Source: Thalassobaculaceae bacterium (GTDB lineage: Bacteria > Pseudomonadota > Alphaproteobacteria > Thalassobaculales > Thalassobaculaceae). Taken from it: a DNA stretch of 64,000 bases. The translations under genes were made by a program, and so were the position numbers. The notes below the pieces were generated by a model, which saw only the letters and a list, made by a program, of their open reading frames with translations, searched no databases and had not been told where the DNA came from. The stretch lies in the NCBI GenBank assembly GCA_965228875.1, contig OZ245843.1:974616-1038615 (forward strand), given 5' to 3'. Positions 23,153 to 32,006 of this stretch are shown here, piece after piece; within the stretch, counting starts at the first letter, position 1, and the number at the start of each line of letters is the position of its first letter.

Positions 23153-23941
23153 ATGAGCCGCATCACCGTGATCACCGGCGGCGCCAGCGGCATCGGCCGG
23201 GCGACCGCCGACGTGCTCGGCGATCAGGGCGACACCGTCGTCGTCGCCGACATCAACGCCGACGCCGCGACCAAGGCGGCGGAGGAACTGGCGGCTCTCG
23301 GCGTGACCGCCCATGCCCGGGTGCTGGACGTCGCCGACGACCAGGGCGTCGAGGACTTCTTCGACGCGATCGAGAGCGAGATCGGTCCGGTCGGCGCCGT
23401 CGTCCATTCCGCCGGCATCCTGCAGAACGCGGTCACGTCCGAGCGCATGGACCGCGCCGAGGCCGACCGGGTGATGGACGTCAACTACCGCGGCACCTGG
23501 TCGGTGAACGTGGCGGCCTGCCGGCGGATGAAGGCGCGCCAGGCCGGTGCCATCGTCAACCTGGCCTCGATCAACAGTTTCGCCGCCCTGCCGATCCCGA
23601 GCTACAACGTGTCCAAGGTGGCGGTGAAGGCGCTGACCGAGATCCTGGCGGTGGAGTACGGCGTTCATGGCATCCGGGTGAATGCCGTCGGCCCGACCTA
23701 CACCATCACCCCGGCGATCCAGGCCCGCATCGACAGCGGTCACCGCGATCCGGAGGCGATCCGGGATTCCGGCGCCCTGAAGATGCTGGTCCGCCCGCGC
23801 AACATCGCCGAGCCCATCGCCTTCCTGCTGTCGGACGCGGCGGCGGCGATCACCGGCGTCACCCTGCCGGTCGATGCCGGCTGGGCGGCGAACACCACCT
23901 ATTCCAGCTACGTGGCGCCGATCGAAGGCTTCGGGCAGTAG
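23153..23941 (+). CDS. SDR family oxidoreductase
   Basis: TGGASGIG, YNVSK (YxxxK), RVNAVGP, PVDAG; GGAGGA RBS. Confidence 0.92.
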   Translation: MSRITVITGGASGIGRATADVLGDQGDTVVVADINADAATKAAEELAALGVTAHARVLDVADDQGVEDFFDAIESEIGPVGAVVHSAGILQNAVTSERMDRAEADRVMDVNYRGTWSVNVAACRRMKARQAGAIVNLASINSFAALPIPSYNVSKVAVKALTEILAVEYGVHGIRVNAVGPTYTITPAIQARIDSGHRDPEAIRDSGALKMLVRPRNIAEPIAFLLSDAAAAITGVTLPVDAGWAANTTYSSYVAPIEGFGQ

Positions 23942-24013
23942 ACCCGTTCCGCCGTCGGCGTTGATCGCCGGCGGGCCCGGGCGCAGACTTCGAAGAAATT
24001 CCGGGAGAAACCG

Positions 24014-24838
24014 ATGACCGAGATGCTGAACAGCCTCGACGCCCTGGCCGCCAAGGTCACGGACGGCGCCAAGGTCGCCCTGCCGCCGGACTATTCCGGC
24101 TGCGCCAACGCGCTTTGGCGGGCGGTGATCCGGCGCGGGGTGAGGGATCTGCATCTCGTCGGCGTGCCGGTGTTCGGTTATCACGGCGACCTGCTGATCG
24201 GCGCCGGCTGTGTCGCCGTGGCCGAGACCTCGGCGGTGACACTGGGCGAGCACGGCCTGGCACCGCGCTTCACCGCCGCGGTCAAGGCTGCCGGCATCAC
24301 CGTGAAGGACGCCACCTGTCCCGCCATCCATGCCGGCCTGCAGGCGGCCGAGCGGGGGGCGCCGTTCTCGGTGATGCGCGGGCTGATCGGCTCGGACATC
24401 CTGGCCCGGCGCGACGACTGGAAGGTCATCGACAACCCCTTCGGCGAGAACGATCCCGTGGTGGCGATCCCGGCGCTGACGCCGGACCTCGCGGTGTTCC
24501 ATGCCGCCAAGGCGGACCGGCTCGGCAATGTGTGGATCGGCGTCCGGCGCGAACTGATGGTCATGGCCCATGCGGCGCGCGACACGCTGGTCACGGTCGA
24601 GGAGATCGTCGACGGCGACCTCACGTCCGATCCGGTGACCGCCGCGGGCACCATTCCCGGTCTCTACGTGACCGCTGTCGCCGAGGCTAAGGAGGGGGCG
24701 TGGCCCCAGGGTCTGCCGGGCACCGACAGCGTGGCCGACCATGCCCATCTCGCGCGCTATGCGGAGATGGCCCGCACGGAGGAGGGCTTCGCCGCCTATC
24801 TGGGCGAGTTCGTCACTGGCCGGGAGGCGGCGGAATGA
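24014..24838 (+). CDS. CoA-transferase subunit A (glutaconate/3-oxoacid type)
   Basis: DLLIGAG, LQAAERGAPF, NPF, PDLAVFHA..AD..GN; paired with subunit B. Confidence 0.8.
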   Translation: MTEMLNSLDALAAKVTDGAKVALPPDYSGCANALWRAVIRRGVRDLHLVGVPVFGYHGDLLIGAGCVAVAETSAVTLGEHGLAPRFTAAVKAAGITVKDATCPAIHAGLQAAERGAPFSVMRGLIGSDILARRDDWKVIDNPFGENDPVVAIPALTPDLAVFHAAKADRLGNVWIGVRRELMVMAHAARDTLVTVEEIVDGDLTSDPVTAAGTIPGLYVTAVAEAKEGAWPQGLPGTDSVADHAHLARYAEMARTEEGFAAYLGEFVTGREAAE

Positions 24839-25596
24839 CGGACCCCCAGGTTCCTCAAGGCGACGTGCGGCTGGAAGAGATCCTGATCCACACGATCGCC
24901 GGCATGCTGGACGGGCTGCGCCACGTGGCAGTCGGCGCGTCCTCGCCGGTGCCGGGGGCGGCCGCCCTGCTGGCGCGGGCCCGCTCCGGCGGGTCGACGC
25001 GGGTCTCGGTTCTCGGCTCCCAGGACCACAATTTCTTCACCGACGGCGGCAAGGAGCTGTTCGACTGCGCGGGGCAGGGGCGGATCGACGCCTTCTTCCT
25101 CTCTGGTGCGCAGATCGACGGTCAGGCGAACATCAACCTGGTCTCCATCGGCGACCCGAACCAGCCCAAGGCGCGGTTTCCGGGCTCGTTCGGGTCCGGA
25201 TATCTCTACTACGTCGTCCCGCGGGTGATCCTGTTCCGCCTGGAGCACACCAAGCGCACCCTGGTCGAGAAGGTGGACTTCATTTCGGCGCCGGGCTTCT
25301 CGGAGCCGAACGTCTATCGCCCCGGCGGGCCCTTCGCGATGATCACCGACCGCTGCCTGTTCGATGTCGACAGGGAGCGCCGGCGCTTCGTGCTGAAGAG
25401 CGTGCACCCGGGCGAGACGGCGCAGAGCATCGCCGAGAACACCGGGTTCGACTACGACGTGCCGGAGGAGGTGCCGACGACGCCGCTGCCGGACGCCGAC
25501 ACGCTGTCGCTGATGCGCGGCCGCATCGCCGCCGAGATCGCCGAGATCTATCCGGCGTTCGCCAAGCGGGTCTTCGGGGCTGCGGTCGCCGCCTGA
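24835..25596 (+). CDS. CoA-transferase subunit B
   Basis: FLSGAQID..ANIN, PGSFG, VDFIS, ITD, SVHPG, NTGF; ATGA overlap with subunit A. Confidence 0.8.
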   Translation: MTDPQVPQGDVRLEEILIHTIAGMLDGLRHVAVGASSPVPGAAALLARARSGGSTRVSVLGSQDHNFFTDGGKELFDCAGQGRIDAFFLSGAQIDGQANINLVSIGDPNQPKARFPGSFGSGYLYYVVPRVILFRLEHTKRTLVEKVDFISAPGFSEPNVYRPGGPFAMITDRCLFDVDRERRRFVLKSVHPGETAQSIAENTGFDYDVPEEVPTTPLPDADTLSLMRGRIAAEIAEIYPAFAKRVFGAAVAA

Positions 25597-25662
25597 CGCA
25601 ACCAGAGCCGCCAACCCGGTTCCACCCTTCGGTCCTGAGTTCCGGCGAGGAAGGAAAAACCC

Positions 25663-26175
25663 ATGCGCGTTTCCATCCTGGGCAATGCCGGCGGCGGGAA
25701 GTCGACGCTTGCCCGTCGGCTCGCGGACGAGCATGGGCTCTCCTTTATCGAGGTAGACGCGTTCCTGTGGACGCCGGACTGGGAACTCGTGCCCGAAGCG
25801 GAGTACACCGCCCGCCACGACGACGTGCTGGCCGGCGACGACTGGATCCTCGACGGGATGGGGCTGCCCGGGTCCCTCGATGCCAGGTTCCGGCGGTCGA
25901 CCGCGATCATTCTCGTCGATCTGCCGCTGTGGCAGCACTACTGGCTGGCCGCCGAGCGCCAGGCCGCCTGGGCGGCGGGAACGCTCGCCCTTCCGCCGGG
26001 CGGCCAGGGTGCGCGTCCCGACACCCGACAGCTGTTCGAGTTCATGTGGATGATCGACCGGGATCTCCTGCCGGCGATCCGCGCTCAGGTCGACGCGGCC
26101 GAGGAGGCGGGAACGGACGTCCGGCGGATCCGCGATGTGGACGAGCTGGCGGGAGTGTCGCTGGCGGCCGTCTGA
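25663..26175 (+). CDS. P-loop nucleotide-kinase-like protein (FlaR/'topology modulation' family)
   Basis: ILGNAGGGKST Walker A, WTPDW, WILDG. Confidence 0.75.
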   Translation: MRVSILGNAGGGKSTLARRLADEHGLSFIEVDAFLWTPDWELVPEAEYTARHDDVLAGDDWILDGMGLPGSLDARFRRSTAIILVDLPLWQHYWLAAERQAAWAAGTLALPPGGQGARPDTRQLFEFMWMIDRDLLPAIRAQVDAAEEAGTDVRRIRDVDELAGVSLAAV

Positions 26176-26235
26176 CCTCTCGCCGGAAGAGAGCCGTTCG
26201 CGGGTCGGGCCGGCTCGATCCGACCCGATGGCGAG

Positions 26236-27450
26236 CTACGCCGCCCGCTTCAGCCCCGAACGGGTCCAGATGGTCTCCAGCGATGCCACAAGGTGCGCGA
26301 TGTCGGCGTCGGTGTGGATCGGCGAGGGCGTGATGCGCAGGCGCTCGGTGCCGCGCGGCACGGTCGGATAGTTGATCGGCTGAACGTAGATGCCGAACTC
26401 GTCGAGCAACTCGTCGCTGATCCTCTTGGCATGCACCGGATCGCCGACCATCACCGGCACGATATGGCTCGGATTGGCCAAGTGCGGGATGCCGGCGTCG
26501 TCGAGCCCGGCGCGCACTCTGGCCACCCGGTCGCGCTGCGCCTCGCGCTCCGCCGAACTGGTCTTCAGGTGGCGGATGCTGGCGCGGGCGCCGGCGGCGA
26601 TCGCCGGGGGCAGCGCGGTGGTGAAGATGAAGCCGGAGGCGAAGCTGCGCACGAAATCGCACAGGGCGGCCGAGGCGGCGATATAGCCGCCCATCACCCC
26701 GAACGCCTTGCCGAGCGTTCCCTCGATCACCGTCAGCCGATGCGCGAGCCCCTCGCGCTCGGCGATGCCGCCGCCGCGCGGCCCGTACAGGCCGACGGCG
26801 TGGACCTCGTCGAGATAGGTCATCGCCCCGTGCGCGTCGGCGACGTCGCAGATCTCGGCGATCGGCGCGATGTCGCCGTCCATCGAGTACACGGACTCGA
26901 AGGCGACCAGCTTCGGACGGTCCGGCGCGATGGTGGCGAGCTTGCGGTCCAGGTCCCGCGGGTCGTTATGGTTCCAGATCAGCTTCTCGGCGCGGGAATG
27001 GCGGATGCCCTCGATCATCGAGGCGTGGTTCGACGCGTCGGACAGCACCACGCAGCCCGGCAGCCTGGAGGCGAGGGTGCCCAGCGCGGCCCAGTTTGAG
27101 ACGTAGCCCGAGGTGAACAGCAGGCCGGCTTCCTTGCCATGCAGATCCGCCAGTTCGGCCTCGAGCAGCACATGGTCGTGGTTGGTGCCGGAGATGTTGC
27201 GGGTGCCGCCGGCGCCGGCGCCGCTGCGGTCCAGCGCGTCGTGCATAGCCTGGAGCACCGGCGGAAACTGGCCCATGCCGAGATAGTCGTTCGAGCACCA
27301 CACGGTGACCTCGTCCATGCCGCCGGCGCCATGGCGGGTGGCATGGGGAAACGCGCCGCGCCGGCGTTCGATATCGGTGAAGACCCGGTAGCGCCCTTCG
27401 TCGCGCAGCCCGTCGAGCTGGTTCCTGAAGTAGGCTTCGTAGTCCATCAT
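26236..27450 (-). CDS. hemA: 5-aminolevulinate synthase
   Basis: [39 protein letters not shown] (PLP lysine), FIFTT. Confidence 0.96.
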   Translation of the reverse strand: MMDYEAYFRNQLDGLRDEGRYRVFTDIERRRGAFPHATRHGAGGMDEVTVWCSNDYLGMGQFPPVLQAMHDALDRSGAGAGGTRNISGTNHDHVLLEAELADLHGKEAGLLFTSGYVSNWAALGTLASRLPGCVVLSDASNHASMIEGIRHSRAEKLIWNHNDPRDLDRKLATIAPDRPKLVAFESVYSMDGDIAPIAEICDVADAHGAMTYLDEVHAVGLYGPRGGGIAEREGLAHRLTVIEGTLGKAFGVMGGYIAASAALCDFVRSFASGFIFTTALPPAIAAGARASIRHLKTSSAEREAQRDRVARVRAGLDDAGIPHLANPSHIVPVMVGDPVHAKRISDELLDEFGIYVQPINYPTVPRGTERLRITPSPIHTDADIAHLVASLETIWTRSGLKRAA

Positions 27451-27676
27451 CGCCTCCCGCGGACCGCTCTTCAGGTCGATCCTGGTCATCTCTCCTCCGG
27501 ACGCTCGGGCCCGGGCTCCTGGGGCGCGACCGCCGATCGGGAGGTCGGCCGGATCGGCAGCGGTGACGTGCGCGCTTTTGGCAGGAGCCGAGAGCGCCGC
27601 CCGCGCACCGGTTCGGACAATGATGAGAAACCGAAACGGTTTCAACTTGTCACATTACCGCAGGGTGCCGCCGGTC

Positions 27677-28108
27677 CTACAGACGCTTGGTGTAGAAGAA
27701 CCGCGTGTGGCCGGGCGGCATGTCGTCGATCCGACCGAACACCTCGTAACCGAAGCGCGGATAGTAGTCGGGCCCCTGGAAATCATAGGTGTCGAGCCAT
27801 GCGCCGATACACCCGCGTCCGCGCGCGATCTCCTCGGCCCGGGACAGCAGCGCGTGGCCGACGCCGCTCCGCCGTCGCGTCGGGTCCACCGAAAGCAGGG
27901 CCACGTGCAGCCAGGACTGGTTGGTCGAACCGATCAGCGCGCCGATGGCCCGACCGTCGGCTTTCGCCTCGATCGCGAACAGCTGCTTGTCGAACACCAC
28001 GCCGGCGGTTCGGGCATGCCCGCTCAGCCAGTCGATCGCCAGCCGCTCGATTGCGCCGATGGAGTCCTGCCCGCCCGTGGTGACGGTCAGGTCGATTGCC
28101 GCGACCAT
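27677..28108 (-). CDS. GNAT family N-acetyltransferase
   Basis: RRSGVG acetyl-CoA motif, LDTYDFQ..YY..GY..FG. Confidence 0.85.
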   Translation of the reverse strand: MVAAIDLTVTTGGQDSIGAIERLAIDWLSGHARTAGVVFDKQLFAIEAKADGRAIGALIGSTNQSWLHVALLSVDPTRRRSGVGHALLSRAEEIARGRGCIGAWLDTYDFQGPDYYPRFGYEVFGRIDDMPPGHTRFFYTKRL

Positions 28109-28120
28109 GGTCTCCCGGTC

Positions 28121-30001
28121 CTACTTGCCGTTCGTGCCGAAATTCGCCTCGACATAGGCCAGGAGCTGCTCGACCGACTGCGGCAGGCTGAGCGTACCGG
28201 TGTCGATCTCGACCTCCGGGGCGTCCGGCGCCTCGTACGGGGCGGAGATGCCGGTGAACTCGGGGATTTCGCCCTTGCGCGCCTTCTTGTAGAGCCCCTT
28301 CGGGTCGCGTTCCTCGCAGACGTCGAGACCGGCGTTGACGTAGACCTCGTGGAACAGGTCCGGGGCGACCGACCGCGCGCGGTCGCGGTCCGAGCGGTAG
28401 GGCGAGATGAAGGCGGTGATGACCAGCACGCCCGCCCGCGCGAACAGCGCCGCCACCTCGCCGACACGGCGGATGTTCTCCGCCCGGTCTTCCGGTGCGA
28501 AGCCGAGATCGGCGGACAGGCCGAAACGAATGTTGTCGCCGTCCAGCACGTAGACCTGCCAGCCCTTGCGGAAGAGCGCCTGCTCCAGTTCCAGGGCCAG
28601 CGTCGATTTGCCGGCTCCCGACAGTCCGGTCAGCCACAGCACGCCGGAGCGGTGCCCGTTGGCGCTCCAGCGGGCGTCGGTGGTGACGCGGGTCTCGACC
28701 GCGGTGATGTTCTGGGAGGTCGGCGCGTTGGCCCGGCGCAGGTCGTGGAAACCGTCCATCGACACCAGGCCGCCGCCTGCCATGTCGTAACCGTCGATCA
28801 GCACGAACCGGCCGAGGCGCGGATTGGCGGTGAACTCGTCGACCGACAGCATGGCCCGGGCGCGCAGGATGACCTCGCCGACCTCGTTGCGCTCGATGCG
28901 CTCGGCCGGTCGGTCCGACAGGTCCGCGACGTCGATCACCCGCTCGATGGCCTGGACCTCGACCGGGTGCTCCAGGGTGGCGAGCTTCAGCTTGTAGCGA
29001 CGCCCGACCTCGAGCGGCGCGCGGCCGAGCCAGAAGATCCGGGCGCGGAACACGTTGGACTGCACCGGTGGATCGTATTCGTGGCTGGCCACGTGGCCGC
29101 GCTCGACGAACAGCTGGTCGTCGAGGGTGATGCCGATGGACTGCCCCGCCGAGGCGGACATGACCGGGCCGTCCACGCTCCACGCCTCGATCGACTGCAC
29201 CCGCGCACGGGCGTTGCTCGGGCTGAATAGCAGGGTGTCGCCGACGCGCAGGCGGCCGCTCTCGATGCGGCCCGCCAGGATCCGGCGCTCGTCGAACTTG
29301 TAGACGTCCTGAACAGGGAAGCGCAGCGGCAGTTCCACCGGCAGGGGCTTGGGCGCCAGGGCGTCGAGGGCGGCGAGCAGAGTGGTGCCGTCGAACCAGG
29401 GCATCCGCTCCGATTTCGTCGCCAGCCCGTCCCCGTGGCGGGCCGAGACCGGCAGGATGGCGGCCGGGGTGATCCCCATCCCGGCGAGGTAGGCGCGCAC
29501 CTCCTCGGCCACCTCCTCGAACCGCTCCTTGGAGTGGTCGACCAGGTCCATCTTGTTCACGGCGACCACCACCTGGTCGAGGCCGAGCAGGTGGAGAATG
29601 TAGCCGTGCCTGCGGGTCTGCTCCTGCACGCCTTCCTTGGCGTCGACCACCAGGATGGCGGCGTCGGCCGAGGCGGCACCGGAGACCATGTTCTTCAGGA
29701 ATTCCTTGTGGCCCGGCGCGTCGATGATGACGTAGGGCCGCTCGGCGGTCTTGAAGAAGATCTGAGTGGTGTCGATGGTGATGCCCTGGTCGCGCTCGGC
29801 CTGCAGGGCGTCGAGTACGAAGGCCCATTCCATGGGCATGCCGCGGCGCTCGGACATCGCCTTCACCGCCTCCGCCTTGCCGTCGGGCAGGGAGCCGGTG
29901 TCGTGCAGCAGGCGGCCGATCAGCGTGGATTTGCCGTGATCGACATGGCCGACGATGACGAGCTTCATCGGTGCGAGGTCGGTGGTCGTCTGGGCGGTCA
30001 T
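28121..30001 (-). CDS. cysNC: Bifunctional sulfate adenylyltransferase subunit 1 / APS kinase (CysNC, NodQ-like)
   Basis: [18 protein letters not shown] and NKMD in the GTPase domain; [21 protein letters not shown] and FTGISAPYE in the CysC domain. Confidence 0.95.
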   Translation of the reverse strand: MTAQTTTDLAPMKLVIVGHVDHGKSTLIGRLLHDTGSLPDGKAEAVKAMSERRGMPMEWAFVLDALQAERDQGITIDTTQIFFKTAERPYVIIDAPGHKEFLKNMVSGAASADAAILVVDAKEGVQEQTRRHGYILHLLGLDQVVVAVNKMDLVDHSKERFEEVAEEVRAYLAGMGITPAAILPVSARHGDGLATKSERMPWFDGTTLLAALDALAPKPLPVELPLRFPVQDVYKFDERRILAGRIESGRLRVGDTLLFSPSNARARVQSIEAWSVDGPVMSASAGQSIGITLDDQLFVERGHVASHEYDPPVQSNVFRARIFWLGRAPLEVGRRYKLKLATLEHPVEVQAIERVIDVADLSDRPAERIERNEVGEVILRARAMLSVDEFTANPRLGRFVLIDGYDMAGGGLVSMDGFHDLRRANAPTSQNITAVETRVTTDARWSANGHRSGVLWLTGLSGAGKSTLALELEQALFRKGWQVYVLDGDNIRFGLSADLGFAPEDRAENIRRVGEVAALFARAGVLVITAFISPYRSDRDRARSVAPDLFHEVYVNAGLDVCEERDPKGLYKKARKGEIPEFTGISAPYEAPDAPEVEIDTGTLSLPQSVEQLLAYVEANFGTNGK

Positions 30002-30015
30002 AATCGGCCTGTGTC

Positions 30016-30810
30016 CTACATGTATCCCGCCGAGCGCAGGCGCTCGAACGCGTCCTCGGCCTCGTGGTCCATGGCGCGGCCGCTGCGCTCGGCCACCTTG
30101 GTGGCGCGCAGCTCGGCGATGATCTTCTCGACGGTGTCGGCGTCGCTGGTCACCGGATGGGTGATGTCCATGTCGCCGAGCGAGCGGTAGCGCTTGCCGT
30201 CCCGGGCGAAATACAGCGGCACCAGCGGAATCCCCTCGCGCTGGATGTAGAGCCAGATGTCGAGCTCGGTCCAGTGCAGCAGCGGGTGCACGCGGATGTG
30301 GGTGCCGGGGGCGAAATCGGTCTTGAACTGGTCCCAGAACTCCGGCGGCTGGTCGCGGAAATCCCATTCGGCGTTCTCGCCGCGCGGGCTGAACACCCGC
30401 TCCTTGGCCCGTGTCGCTTCCTCGTCGCGGCGGATGCCGGCGATCACCGCCTGCAGGTCGAGCTCGGCGATCAGCCGCTTCAACGCCTCGGTCTTGCGCG
30501 CGGCCGAGCGGGCGGCGGGCGGCAGGGTCGGGTCGATCTCCTCGATCGGCGGACAGTCGCGCCGGATGAAGTTCAGCCCCCACTCCTCGGCGTACCGATC
30601 CTGAAAGGCGTACATTTCCGGGAACTTCTTGCCGGTATCGCAGAACATGGCCGGAAACGGGACGTGGCCGAAGAACGCCTTGCGCGCCAGCCACAGCATG
30701 ACGTTGGAGTCCTTGCCCAGCGACCAGAGCATCCCCAGGCGGTCGAACTTGTTGAAGGCCTCGCGCAGGATGTAGACGCTCTGCGCCTCGAGCGCGTCGA
30801 GATGGTTCAT
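30016..30810 (-). CDS. cysD: Sulfate adenylyltransferase subunit 2
   Basis: WSLGKDS, DTGKKF, RRDEE..RAKER, RVHPL..WTELDIW, RYRSLG. Confidence 0.95.
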   Translation of the reverse strand: MNHLDALEAQSVYILREAFNKFDRLGMLWSLGKDSNVMLWLARKAFFGHVPFPAMFCDTGKKFPEMYAFQDRYAEEWGLNFIRRDCPPIEEIDPTLPPAARSAARKTEALKRLIAELDLQAVIAGIRRDEEATRAKERVFSPRGENAEWDFRDQPPEFWDQFKTDFAPGTHIRVHPLLHWTELDIWLYIQREGIPLVPLYFARDGKRYRSLGDMDITHPVTSDADTVEKIIAELRATKVAERSGRAMDHEAEDAFERLRSAGYM

Positions 30811-30846
30811 CGGAAACCCGAATCCACGGTTGCTTGCGTGGCCGCG

Positions 30847-30875
30847 TAGATAGGCGCGCAGGCCGGCCGTGTCAA
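30847..30875 (-). promoter_or_regulatory. Putative sigma70 promoter of cysD
   Basis: Minus-strand TTGACA-N17-TATCTA, 37 nt upstream of the cysD start. Confidence 0.6.
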
Positions 30876-30878
30876 AGG

Positions 30879-30918
30879 CCGCGGCCCGCCGGCGTCGGAT
30901 CGACGCGGCGGGTCGCGG
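30879..30918. terminator. Long GC-rich hairpin between the oxygenase gene and the cysD promoter
   Basis: CCGCG-CCCGCC-GCGTCG/GAT/CGACGC-GGCGGG-CGCGG imperfect stem; only a short T run follows. Confidence 0.4.
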
Positions 30919-30967
30919 GTCAGGGGAGGGGCCGTCCCCCGAGCAGGTTTCTCTCGCGTATGCGGCT

Positions 30968-31828
30968 CTACCCCTCGATTACGGCGAAGGTCCGCACCTC
31001 GATGCTCTCGCGCGGCGGCGCCGAGGGATCCTGGTCGGGGATCTGAAAGGCGCCGTGCGGGGTGTATTTGGCGACGCCGTCCTTGGTGTCCCATCCCTTG
31101 ATGAGCAGGATCTCGTCCCGCGCCATCTCCGGTGCCCAGTACCACCGCTGTCCGTCCTGATGGGCAAGCTGGTAGATTTCGCCGACACGGTCCGGAAAAA
31201 CCTGATCGGTGGCCAGCAGGGCATCCGGCGCGATCGACGCCGCGTCCGCCAGGGCCAGGGGCGCGCGCTGGACCGGGCCGCTGATCGGGCGCCAGACATT
31301 CACCTGGATGACCCGGCCGCCGCCGGCCAGGATCCGTTCGACCTCGCCCTCGCCCAGCGCGTCGTCCGCCCGCTTCGGACCCGATTTGGCGGTATAGTCG
31401 ACATGGACCCGCGCGGCGGGCCCGCGGCTGCCGTCCTTGTTCGCCGCACCGCTGCCGCTGTCGGAACGCCGGGTGTGGTCGAAGATGGCCACCCGGTCGG
31501 CACCGGTCGCCCGCTTCACGATCTCGGTGATCTCGGCGTAGTAGGTCGAGGTGACCGCGTCGTCGTCATACAGGTCCTCGACCGCGGTCGGCGTGCGTTC
31601 CAGCGCGAAACCCTCGCGGTCGAGGTCGAGCCGGTCGGCGAGCGGCCGCATGTCCTGGACCGTGACCGGGATCTCCTCGACCTGAAAGAAGATTTTCGGC
31701 GCGCCGCCCGTCAGGGCCGAACTGTGGAACACAGGCTTCTCGTCCTGCGGCACGGTGAAGCCGAGCGGGGCGGTGACTGTCCGTTCCAGCGTTGCCGCCG
31801 GACCCTGCGAGGGGCTCATCTGGTTCAT
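30968..31828 (-). CDS. CmcJ/NvfI/AsaB-like putative Fe(II)-dependent oxidoreductase
   Basis: LDREGF, FDHTRR, RVHVDYT (HxD), NVWRPI, PLALAD, PHGAF, RESIEVR; GAGGAG RBS. Confidence 0.82.
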   Translation of the reverse strand: MNQMSPSQGPAATLERTVTAPLGFTVPQDEKPVFHSSALTGGAPKIFFQVEEIPVTVQDMRPLADRLDLDREGFALERTPTAVEDLYDDDAVTSTYYAEITEIVKRATGADRVAIFDHTRRSDSGSGAANKDGSRGPAARVHVDYTAKSGPKRADDALGEGEVERILAGGGRVIQVNVWRPISGPVQRAPLALADAASIAPDALLATDQVFPDRVGEIYQLAHQDGQRWYWAPEMARDEILLIKGWDTKDGVAKYTPHGAFQIPDQDPSAPPRESIEVRTFAVIEG

Positions 31829-31850
31829 GGCATCCTCTCCTCGATTAAGA

Positions 31851-31880
31851 GTCGTTTATCATCGTATCGTTCCGTTTCGC
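31851..31880 (-). promoter_or_regulatory. Three 10-bp-phased direct repeats (AAACG/ATACG/AAACG on the sense strand)
   Basis: Plus strand reads gtCGTTTatc/atCGTATcgt/tcCGTTTcgc. Confidence 0.5.
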
Positions 31881-31896
31881 AAAAGGTAGGGTCGGT

Positions 31897-31930
31897 ATAA
31901 GCTTGGATTAATAATTCAATTGGAATGAAT
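31897..31930. promoter_or_regulatory. LysR-type operator candidate
   Basis: ATTCA-N7-TGAAT palindrome (T-N11-A) at 31914-31930 next to ATAA-N7-TTAA, in an AT-rich divergent region. Confidence 0.5.
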
Positions 31931-32006
31931 GCCGATCCGCGCCAGCATGTCCCGCTGGTACGGTTTTAGCCCGACGTCCCGGTCGGGCCGATGCGAGGAG
32001 AAGGCG

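Noticed and set aside
30002..30694. Apparent 857-aa CysNC with an N-terminal extension
   Set aside because: The extension is an alternative frame inside cysD; CysNC starts at 30001
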